64,000 bases of DNA, from assembly GCA_964270895.1 (NCBI GenBank), contig OZ185438.1, one strand, 5' to 3'. Source of the DNA: Podarcis filfolensis. Lineage: Eukaryota. The translations under genes and the position numbers were made by a program. The notes beneath the pieces were generated by a model that worked only from the letters and a program-made list of their open reading frames with translations, was not told where the DNA came from and did not search any database. Positions 1 to 10,799 of the stretch are shown in pieces (positions within the stretch are counted from its first letter, which is position 1; the number at the start of each line of letters is the position of its first letter).

Positions 1-776
1 TTCAGTACAATCTATGTGTAGAAGATGCAGTATAGACAAAACTGACGACGACTAATTAGGAAAGAGAAGAAAGAAGTGGTAAAGCAGTCTAGGTAGAAGA
101 ACTCAGCTAGTCTGCATTTAACCACAAAGCGGAAAAGATTTGGGAAAAGACACCTGTGCACCTTTCCTGGCATAAAGAGAATGGAACACAAGGAGACCAC
201 TTTCTTCCCTCCAGCTTTCCAGAGCAGGAAAAAATTAACTCAGAAGTTCAAACCTAATGGAGCAGTGAATTCCCACAAGTGGTTAAAAGATGCAGTACTC
301 GTCATACTGTCTTCCTTAATCTACACTCATTCATACGTGTCAAAAATTGTTATGAAATCAAAATCATTCCTGACTGGTAAAGATGAAGGGGGGACTGTTA
401 TGAAGTCAAAAACTGTTAAGAATATCAAAAAGCAAAAATGACCAAAAAGAACCTACAGACAAAAATATTTTAGGTTTTTGGTATTCTCTCCCCACCCCCA
501 ATTTGAAGCGGGGAGGGAATCACACGACACAGACAGCACACACATCTAGGATGTGGCATTAAAACACAATTAGCACCACACACTACAGATCTGGCAAAAC
601 AAGCATAAGTGGTTTAATAGTGGCACTTTAAGTCCTTTATATGATCATAGTAAAATTTTATATTATATATAATATAATATAAAACTTCTACCCAAAAAAC
701 TACTGACAGCTTCTTAGCACTGGTGGCAGCATGCGTCACTAAGTAATGCTAGATTTCCCTAGTAATCTCTGCATAC

Positions 777-1130
777 CTTGTTCATTGTCACTTGTTTTGA
801 GGGACTCTTCAGACCAACTTCTATTGCTTTTGACCTCTGACCTTTTCTTGGTGTGCCTTTCTTCTGTGCAGTCTTTGACCTTTGCAGTGGCCTCTGGCTG
901 AACAGCCTCAGCTAAATCTTTCCTGCTTTGCCGGCCCAACTTGCCGGGTGGGGATCTCTCTGGTGACACCTGCTGCTCCCACAGTTCCCTAAGATGCTGC
1001 AGGTGACGCTGCTTTTTGGGATGGAGCCCTGTTAATTCAATGCACACCTTCAGGTTGGTCACCTCATTACAATTGGGCTCTTCTAAGTGGTTAGAGGAAT
1101 TGTTTGTCATTTCCCTCTCAGGCCAGTCAT
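777..1130 (-). CDS. BCOR: BCOR exon 8 (long form, 354 nt, phase 1/1): [44 protein letters not shown]...[14 protein letters not shown]
   Basis: Acceptor ttccattag|AT at 1132-1131 and donor CAAG|gtatgc at 776-775. The translation closely matches recalled human BCOR exon 8. Confidence 0.96.
1024..1053 (-). other. BCOR: AF9/MLLT3 AHD-binding motif [10 protein letters not shown]
   Basis: The translated motif fits the LxVxIxLxxL consensus known for AF9-AHD ligands including BCOR. Confidence 0.85.
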
Positions 1131-1462
1131 CTAATGGAAAAATAACTAAAAATTAATCAAAAGGCCCTCAACTTGAAACAAAAGCTATAGTTCACTTGTG
1201 GGGCAGATTGTTTCAGCTTCACCACCACACTATGCATTTTTAAAAGATTAGCTCAGGAGGGGTTTGCATGCACTACAGCAATTTGCATTGGCCAAAGATT
1301 ACGTTGTCCAATGACTATTCTTGTACCTTGTAGGTACCCAAACATAATTCAGGCGAGGATTTGGGATTGGCACAACACAGGTCATAAATGGACATAGGTT
1401 AATCCAAAGAGTGTTCACTTCACAAGCCATGCCTTAAAGAGTGACCAACTTGGCCGGGTTAC

Positions 1463-1741
1463 CTTTGGAGTTCTTCCTCTTTTTTGCTTTTGATGCAAAT
1501 TCATCTTCCTGCTCCTCTACAAAGTTTTCTTTAAGGCTTCCATCGTTCTGCATTTTCTCACCAGAATGTTTACGCTTCCTGTCTTGGTGGGGGCACAGGG
1601 CCTGGTTGACATCTTCTGCGGACTGGTCGCTGGCCTTTTCATATACAGTAAGTCTCTCCACACAACTGTCTGCTGGAGGACCTTTCTCCTCAGGAACTTC
1701 AAAACCGTGGTCCTGGGTGCTCTCTGTATTATGAAAATCAC
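1463..1741 (-). CDS. BCOR: BCOR exon 7 (279 nt, phase 1/1): (C)DFHNTESTQDHGFEVPEEK...DRKRKHSGE...KAKKRKNSK
   Basis: Acceptor ttttgttttaaatgaag|GT at 1743-1742 and donor AAAG|gtaacc at 1462-1461. The exon keeps the DRKRK and KAKxRx basic clusters and joins exons 6 and 8 in frame. Confidence 0.92.
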
Positions 1742-2141
1742 CTTCATTTAAAACAAAACAAAAAACAAAAAGGGTTACCACATCACTAACTCAACGAGCA
1801 TCTCGCGCAATTGCTTCCATCTCTTCAGAGCAATTGTAGCACCAAGTGCGTGCTTGTAAAGAGAATTTACAAAGTAGATGAAAAAGTTTAGACACAACTA
1901 TGGATTTTGGTAAGGATGAATATTATTACATCAAGGACCAATAGGAAAACTAGACATACACTAATATTGCTGATATTTCACTAGGAAAAGGTGGCATGAT
2001 GCAAAATATTGTTTTTCTCATGATGCAAAATAACCAGTTGTCATGAATTAATTCTAGCGGCTCCAAGTCAAATTTGCAAACCCAGGGAATGAAAGACGTG
2101 TGACGATACACCATAACCTGAACTGCTGGAAACACTTATTG

Positions 2142-2230
2142 CAGGGATGGGAAACCCTTTTCTGTTGAGAGTCACGTTCCCTGGAGAGTAATTAATCAGG
2201 GGCCACATACTGAGGGCCAGAGTGAAAAGT
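2142..2230 (+). mobile_element. Possible decayed hAT-type MITE end
   Basis: Starts CAGGGATGGGAAACC, resembling hAT TIRs (CAGGGGTGGGCAAAC). No clear partner TIR or TSD was found. Confidence 0.3.
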
Positions 2231-3792
2231 GAGAAGGGCCAATCTGATTTGCTCACTCTCTCTGCTTCCCGCCCCTGCAACCTGCATGAAATTAGGCTGA
2301 CGCTGAAGGTGGCCCTCTCTGACCTATGACACCACCAGTATCCACGTATTTGGGGATTTAGTAGTGCAGTTAACATATTGCAATTCCACTCGTCTTCAAA
2401 AAGTCTACAACTTTCTTCCTTTTGTGCAGCAGGCCTTGAAAACCTGGCTGACATTTTGTATCCTCAAGGTTATGCTTAACCTTAGTCAAGGATATATACA
2501 ATATAACAAAAACCACAGTCTTCAACCAACAGACAAACATTTCTGAACTAGACCTAAAAAAATCAAAGTTGTATATCAACAACGCATAAGAAGGATCCCA
2601 CGCCTTGAACCTTGAATTTTTAAATTTTTAAAACTTTTTTTTTCCCCTTGTGCAATCCTGTTAAAGCTTCTTTGCCCTTCCCACATTATCTTTCTCTGTA
2701 GATAAGGATTTTTTAAAGGATGCAGCCCGAGCCCTCTTCTCATGTATCTGCCTCTGGTCTCCTTTGCTCCCACCCTCCCGCACATTCCTCCTCTAATTTA
2801 TCCCATCAATCTTATCACCCGCTTAACTTCCTCCTCTTCCATTTTGCTGCCTGCCTTATCTTCTCCTTCCATCAGCCCCCTTCTTAAAAGTTTGCCTGAC
2901 ACCTGCTACTTCAAAAAGCAGGCTGAAATGAGTTTTGAAACCCAGCAAAGGAAGATCATAAAACAGTGAGGGTTAAACTGAGCCAATTTACAGGAGCAGC
3001 TCGTTTACACTGAAACTTGATGATGTCAAAGCACAAGAATCTACACAATATTTAGTGTCGTTGCTATTATTATGAGTTAGATTTACATGCAGATAAAACT
3101 GACAGCAGATTAATAGGACTAGGTTACCCTCCTATCATAATATTTTTAGTTACATTGAAACAAGTTTTGCCTGGGACTGGTTTATAGGAAGGGTTCAACA
3201 TGTATTGAGATTACATGTTGATGTTGTGAAGAGAACAACATCATGCTCCAAACATTAGCTTTGATGAACTCATGATGACCAGCAATCTAAACAGGTGTTT
3301 CCCTTAACACAGTTCTAGGCGGTTCTTAGTGTGAGATTTTTTTTTTTAAAGGGGGTGTATATCTCAAGATGACACACAATATGAAACTTCCTTTTTTGGC
3401 ATGTGTGATTTTGCTGAAATATATGATCCCTTACAGATAATGAAGAAAATGAGGTATAAAAATTTGTTTGCATTAAAAAATGATGAGCAAGGCACACAAC
3501 ACTGGATCAAATCTACAAAACATTTGGATTTGCAAACTTGGAAAGAAAGAAAATGCTACAACTCATTTTTCCTCTGATATAAAGACTTGACTGGTGGTAT
3601 TTCATAGTCTTTATTATTCAATGTTCTATTGACTGGATGCTGGAAGAAAGCATTCACTCTAATTTTGTATAAAGCTTCATTAGTGAATACTAGCAAGCTC
3701 CTTGCAAATATTTAGAGGATTGGGATGTTGCTAGCCCAGAAAAAAGTCCATGTTTTGAAGATTATAAGTAAACCTGAAATATGACTCTAGAG

Positions 3793-4044
3793 CAGGGGTC
3801 AGCAAACTTTTTCAGCAGGAGGCTGGGTCCACTGTCCCTCAGACCTTGGTGGGGGACCGGACTATATTGGGGGGGGGGGAATGAATGAATACCTATGCCC
3901 CACAAATAACCCAGAGATGCATTTTAAATAAAAGCACACATTCTACTCAGGTAAAAACATGCTGATTCCCGGACCATCTGCGGGCCAGATTTAGAAGGCA
4001 ATTGGGCCAGATCCAACCCCCAGGCTTAAGTTTACCTGGCCATG
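3793..4044 (+). mobile_element. Non-autonomous hAT (Charlie-type) MITE
   Basis: Ends are CAGGGGTCAGCAAAC...GTTTACCTGGCCATG. The 8-bp TSD is CTCTAGAG (3785-3792) / CTCTGGAG (4045-4052), fitting the NTCTAGAN target preference of Charlie-type hATs. Confidence 0.85.
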
Positions 4045-5183
4045 CTCTGGAGTATTAATTCATAGTTACATAAGAATTTTGCAAACCGGGCTTAAACCAA
4101 TAGACCAACCATTTAAACAAAGCATTTAAACGAAACACTAAAGCATACAACCATCAAGCACAGCTCCCATATAACCATCATTAGTTCCAATGGGCCTTGA
4201 ATAACAAGAGCTCCAGTGGACCTCAGATAGATTACACTCCAGGCTGTTAACCTGTTTTTGACCTGAACCATAACAAAAATCTGCTGAATAGGTTCTCTGC
4301 CATTTCCTCTGATGCAACCACCTTCTCACTTAGGCTGATTCACATCTCTAACCCAAATCCTAAGTCCAGTTTCTAAAACAAGTTCAGGTGTTTGGACCAA
4401 CCCCTAACCCCCATTCTATCAAGAGTGGATTTTTAAAAAACACATTATGCCCACGTGTGTGCTACACTTGCAGTTCAGAATCAGCAGTAACAGAAGGGCC
4501 CAGAGGGAGGGGGGGGGCAGGAATACACACAGGGATTTGGTCAACAAACCAGTCTCTATATGAAATTGAAACAGGGCTAAAAACAAAACAAAACCCAACT
4601 GACTGATAAGTCCAACAGCTAAGAAGTCAAATATAGGGGGGGAGTTTCTGTTCTACCACAAGAGCCTGATAGAAGATGACTTCACGAAACTTTTTTATTA
4701 GCATTCCGTACCAGTTTGCTACCTACTGAGAATCTGTTTGGGGAGGCGGGGAGCTTTAAATCAAAGACAGTTCTTCTTACAGATAAGAAAGCACACAGGA
4801 ATATCAGCCTAAAACAAGGTCATATCCCTCCTTGAACAATCTGGGAATTCCCTACATCTAAAAATCAGGCAAAAAGGAGACCCTGAATTTACAGAGATGG
4901 TCAAGTAACCATCTGCTGCATGTGTGTGTTTTATGCAAGCTTTCCTTACAACTCCTCAGGATAAGGCCATTTCAGATCTTTCTTGCATTCCAAATCTACC
5001 ACCACAAATTGCATGCATCTTCCAGCTTCAGTCCAACCATGATAACACAGAAACTAAAATACGACCTTGCATTCCACAGCAAGAATGAAAATAGTCTACT
5101 TCAAGGACTGTTTGTTGCTCAGAGTACACTTATCATACTTGGAGCAACAAATAATTTTTAACTTTGCTTAAGTATACGTGAAG

Positions 5184-5544
5184 GGGACGCGGGTGGCGCT
5201 GTGGTCTAAACCACAGAGCCTAGGGCTTGCCAATCAGAAGGTCGGTGGTTTGAATCCCCACGACAGGGTGAGCTCCCGTTGTTCGGTCCCAGCTCCTGCC
5301 CACCTAGCAGTTTGAAAGCACGTCAAAGTGCAAGTAGATAAATAGGTACCACTCCGGCAGGAAAATAAAAGTGTTTCCATGCGCTGCTCTAGTTTCCCTA
5401 GAAGAAGCTTAGTCATGCTGGCCACATGACCCGGAAGCTGTCTGCGGACAAATGCTGGCTCCCTCGACTTATAGAGCGAGATAAGCGCCGCAACCCCAGA
5501 GTCGTTCATGACTGGACCTAATGGTCAGGGGTACCTTTACCTTT
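5184..5544 (+). mobile_element. Full-length Sauria SINE
   Basis: tRNA-related head GGGACGCGGGTGGCGCTGTGG with a B-box-like GGTTTGAATCC, and an ACCTTTACCTTT tail. Imperfect 13-bp TSD AAGTATACGTGAA (5170-5182) / AAGTATATGTCAA (5546-5558). A second copy is at 35420. Confidence 0.9.
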
Positions 5545-5912
5545 AAAGTATATGTCAACAGGAAACAAGCAAGTTCACTTCATTATAAAAATGAAGTCCT
5601 TTATCTTCTTCAAACATGGTAGCAGACACGTTTCCTTTCTTAAGTTTAGTTCTGACCCAAGGAACTTCTTTAGGAAATGTTATTGGACCACCCAGACTCT
5701 AAAATTATCCAGTGTCCTCATCCAAAAGTAAATCACAATTGGCAAAAGCCAGCCTATGTTAGCCACAGCTAAGCCCAACTTAGAGTATATTCCTATGGGT
5801 CTGAATTTAATGGAAGTTACTTCTCAGGGAAACTTACACCAGAGTAAATACCCTAGGACTATACACCATTCACATGCACTCTTACCTGCACTGGAAATAA
5901 ACGGGACCCAAA

Positions 5913-5985
5913 CTGCAATCCTATGACACTTACCTAGAAGTAAGCCCCATTGAACTCAATTGGGTTTACTTCAGAGTATGCACTG
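5913..5985 (+). mobile_element. Short (~90 bp) palindromic MITE family, copy (PIF/Harbinger-like)
   Basis: CTGCAATCCTATGACACTTACCTAGAAGTAAGCCCCATTGAACTCAAT matches the copies at 18730, 26135, 32665, 35894 and 51057. Confidence 0.7.
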
Positions 5986-8900
5986 AAAGGCACGTCTTAT
6001 CTATTGAATAGGTATAATAAATATATTACCCAAGTTTAGGGATAGGGAAGAAATTTGTTTGGTTTGAAACTAATTTTCACTTCCTGAATCCATATGAAAA
6101 CCAAAGCACAACTACTCATCAAATTTCATTCTTTTCTGAATTTTACAGTTCAAAATATGCATACAAAAATGTGTATTGAGAAAAGCACAAACAAAAATGC
6201 TTACGTTAGTGAAGATAACATTAAAAATGTATTACCTATGGGGAAAGTGCTTGCAAAAAATATGTATAGTAAGAGAACTTATTTCTTGCAAATTAAAAAA
6301 ACACACATGAATGACAACAGAAATTGGCCAAACAGAATTTAAGATTGGAAAAATAAGAAATCGAAATTGACAGAGTAATACATCCCTATTCCGAGCCCTA
6401 CATGAAGGAATACAAACTGTCAGCTATCCTATACTTCTGCCACATGCAGGATGTTTCCACCTTTGTTTATTTCTCCCTCCACAACAAATCATGGATTTGA
6501 CTTTTTTATCACTGGCAAACATGCAAGACAAATAAATGTTTGTCACTTTGCATTTTCATTGTGCTTAACAGTCTTGTTCATTCTGAGCAATCTCCCCAAA
6601 ATGGCCTTGATCTTCCCAAAATGAGACAAATGAAAAGTATCTGTCAGAGCAATGGAGAAGCACTGAATTAGTCTGTTCCTCCCAAAAGAATGAACAACTT
6701 CTGTGTATGTCTCTTCCTCATGAACCTTATAAAGCAGCAGAAAGAGAAGGACAGCCCTGGAAAAATATTCCTAGACAGGTTGAACTTATTGTAGAATGAA
6801 TGGAAAATATCAGAAGCACAATGTCAAATGTAGAGATCATAATTTAGTCCCCACCCACTTACCCAAATCTCCTAAATTCTTGGGTTAAAAATAAAGAAGT
6901 TTGGTTTGAGGAACCCAGATATCGCCAACATGCTGCGGATTCATTCTCAATATAATTCCTAACAGCCTGACAGATATAAGCATTTCTCTTCTGCTTGTCG
7001 TACATTATACCCACTGTTCATAAATTCATTTTAAACAACAAGTGCATTTTAAAATCATCTACTCCAATGTTTTCTTACATTCTGGTAGTTGAACAACACT
7101 TATCTCCTGAATTAAGGTTGATATACATCACCCTTACACATGAAAAATGTTTACTTCTTTAGAGGTTGAAGGCAGGAGTAACAATTATCCCCCTCACTGG
7201 AAACTATGCCTTTGTCTCAACAGGGTCATGAAGCCAGGGGTGCTTCTTGACCAGAAGGGCCAGCTTAGAGCAGCAACTCTTGCAAAGATGCAGTTGGTAG
7301 CCTCCTCTTGAGCTTGAGTAATGCTGCTGAATTTCTGCATGAGGAATGATTGAAAGATCCAATGACATCTGAAGCAGAGATGCAAGAGGATCACTTGCCA
7401 ATCAGCAGAGGCTGATTGGAAGGAGGCAAGTCCACAGCAGTGAATCATGCAGAGACCCAGCCAGAGCTTCCTCTGCAAATGAGTACTTGGTGCTTGCAAG
7501 AGCTTTTTAATTGGTTAATTTATTTCTTGCAGCAGACAGGTAGTTTAGGAATCATCCTATACTTCAGCACTCTACTTTCTAAAACAAATAGGAAAAGGGT
7601 TATGGATCTCACTGTTTTTGCTACATGGCCTGCGGGGAAGATTCATTGTTCCACTAGTTGTCCCACTTTAGGTTTCTTGGGTGCAGAACAGTGGTCATGC
7701 TGCAGCAGCTAAAGCCTTAAAAAGGGTCAGGGTGCCTAAAAATTATAGTATTTCTCAAAGAACGAATGACACTTCCTTTTAGCACTATTAAGCCACCATG
7801 CCCATTTCAAATGGATCCATATACCAGGCTGCTTAAATCATTCCTCTGCTGAACACATCCCATAATTTATCACATTTGTGGCAAAGAAGCTCTCCATAGC
7901 AACGTTTACAAGTCTCCTTGGCAACAAAGCAGTTTTTGCTATGGCTCTCCCCGTTCCTCCTGATTTTTAAACTCCCTGGAAAAAAGAATACAGAGGCTTG
8001 CCTCTCATTTCGGTTTTCGCATTTTCAGGTTGGCTGTACCTGGCACCGTTTGGCCCTCTAGCACCGCCCCCCAAAAAATTATGCAATTCACTGATAGAGA
8101 ATTGCTATGCCTTTTCAAATGCAGTGGAAATATCCTGGAGGTCAGATGAATCATTGGTTTTAGGAAACTTTCTCTCTGTGCCTCAGTTCTAAGTCTGCTT
8201 CAGTACATGTGGATGCATGGATAAAAATTATTTAAAATGAAATAAATTTGCACCAATATGTCTGCAGGCAGCACAATGAACATTGCTGTAATTTGTTTTG
8301 CACCACTGCACCAGAAAAAACTTTCAGAGCGCACTTATGAGAATGAAAATAATTAGCTGATTATTAAGGATGAATCTAGAAAACAGAAATTAATACTTTG
8401 ACCAATCCTATGAGAGCCACTGCTTTTATTCAGACCATTTAAACTTAGCAACCAGACCTAGGAGTTGGGCATTGCAGAAACTTGACTCAAACTGCCGACA
8501 GGTGTTACAGTCTTTCTTCCTCTATATTAGGCATGTTCTAGGCTGCACTTGAGCAGGCAGATGCTTCTACCTCCCCAGCATTTTGCTGTTTTGAATGAGA
8601 CTCTGCCTGAGTGTGGCAGTTCCATATGCACACCACAAAAGACTCCACTCATATAAATTCACAGTAGCCCAACTACTCTTGCTGTAAGGAAGGGAAGTAC
8701 AGACAGTTACCTGCAGACATGCAATCTCTTCCTAGCCTAGACTTTCCCTCTCACCATTTCAGGTCTGCTGCAGTGACCCAAGTGGCTGGCCTCTGGCACC
8801 ACCTAATCCTAGTTGGAAGATGCTTGAGCAAGTGGCTCCCCAAAGGGTTTACTCTGCCAGCACAACTCTGAACTGAAAAAAGGGTTCCTATGGAGTTTTT

Positions 8901-10552
8901 TAAAAACCACCTGGACCTCATAGGTTCCCCGCCCCGCTCACTAATCACTCATGTGGCTGCATGTATGGAGTGGGCCCACAAATGGAGGAAAAAGGACCAC
9001 CTGTGTTCAGGTAATTAGGAGCACTGAGAACCAATGGGGCATCTTACTTCTCCACAGACTTCCTGCTTTGGCAAGAACCTTCCCTTGGAGAACTTAAGAC
9101 ATGCCAAAGCCTTTCATGGCCTCAGCTAATTCCACTTCGGTCAGAGACAAGGAAAATCACCAGTACTCAGTCTTTTACTATCACATCCATCTTTGTTTTG
9201 CTGGTATTTGGGGGGGAAAGGTGGAGAAAAGAATGCTTTTTACCAGGATTTTTTATTTTTAACTTTTTTAAAAAAATAATAATAAAAGTTTGCCATAGGT
9301 ATGTAAGAGCCCCAAAGGAGGCAGCTAACAGTTCCCATAAGGGCCTGAGAACATTCTGTCCAATCTCAGATCTACAAACGAAAAAAGCAAAGCAAAGAAA
9401 TCTACCAGTCCAGAAGGTAACAGGCAGCAGAATTAAGTGGTAAAGTGGACTATAATATAGCACTTCAGATGGCAAGTGAGGTTACCATTTGTAAATGCCC
9501 ACACCTCACAGGGAAAAAAACCCTAACAGAGTAGAGAGAAAGGATCTCACTGGCCTCTATAGTTTTCCAATTGTAGACCATTGTATTTGAGGGTCTTTTT
9601 ACACATAGAAAAACCTTCAAAAAAGAAACCTCACCTCACTATAGTCTGTGTACAATCCATTCTGTTGTATGTGTAAACTCCCTTTCCCAGTCACATTGTA
9701 CATAAGAAAAGTGAACTCTCAGGACCCATCTTTATGTAGCCAAAAGAACCACCATCCACACACAAGAGGGAGGTATCAAAAGTCTTGTGGAAGCCCCAAG
9801 ATTTGTGGACATACAACAAAAAAATATTTAGGGGGCGGGGGAGGAAGGGAATGAAAAACCACCCAAAACAGCCCAACAAGGACAGAGCTTGCTCAATGGC
9901 CACAAAAAAAATGAAAGTCTGGCGAGGGGCAGAAAATTGGGGAACAGGCAGAATGGAGACCTTTGGGAGAGACATGGCTGGCTGGAATCCTGAATAGGAA
10001 TACTCCACACTGCAATGTTTTGTTAAGCTCCCAGCTATGCTACTAAAGATCAAAATGTTCATCCTGATTTAAGGCTCTCAAGACTGACTATAAATGTGGT
10101 AACATTAGATGTAAGACACTGACCAACTGAATAAAAGCAACTCTCCATGGCAAAAGCTGAACCTGAATACTTTCTGACCGTATCAGGTACTTATGCCAAT
10201 TGGCATGATGAATGTCAGGTGCTTAGGTTCAAAATGCCCTGAAGTACCAAAAACCTAGCGCTAAAGGCTTTCTGCTTAGCTGTCTTTACTAGCTGCTGTT
10301 GCAAGGAGCAAAAAGTGAATAGACGTGGTGAACTTTTGTAGTGATGCTGTGAAAACTTTCCGTGCTTTGCAGGCATAGTAACCATAGACATCACCACATC
10401 AAAGAAAAATGCACTTTTAAGCATCTCACCTACCACATTGGTTTTAATTTGTTTATTAATTTTTAAAAACTTTATGCAATCAGCCTTCCTTTACCACATT
10501 CAGACGGCTTAGTCTGCAGTAGTCTCATTCTTTCGTTTTGCTGAAATCAATA

Positions 10553-10799
10553 CAGTCATACCTTGGTTCACAAATGCCTTGTGAGTCAAACGCTTTGGCT
10601 CCCGAACGCCGCAAACCCAGTAAGTGTTCTGGTTTGCAAATGTTCTTTGGAACCCGAATGTCCAATGTGGCTTCTGCAGCTTCCGGTTGGCTGCAAGAGC
10701 TTCCTGCAGCCAATCAGAAGCCGTGCTTTGGTTTTCGAACGTATTGGAAGTCGAATGGACTTCCGGAACAGATTCCATTCAACTTCTGAGGTACCACTC
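10553..10799. mobile_element. Tc1/mariner (Tigger/pogo-like) MITE, family B
   Basis: TA|CAGTCATACCTTGG...GAGGTACCACTC|TA, which are decayed versions of the CAGTGGTACCTC TIR seen at 13758. The interior is different and contains a palindrome. Confidence 0.75.

Noticed and set aside
1-776. Search for BCOR exon 9 and ORF 181-441
   Set aside because: No GLPVFSGSPPMK-like coding sequence was found in any minus frame, so exon 9 is probably outside the window. The plus-strand ORF and the short TGTTATGAARTCAAAA repeats (348-430) are unrecognisable low-complexity sequence.
3003-3113. FOX/TCF/GATA/MEIS-like 6-7-mers clustered in intron 6
   Set aside because: Such short motifs are expected by chance in AT-rich DNA, and nothing else distinguishes this cluster without conservation data.
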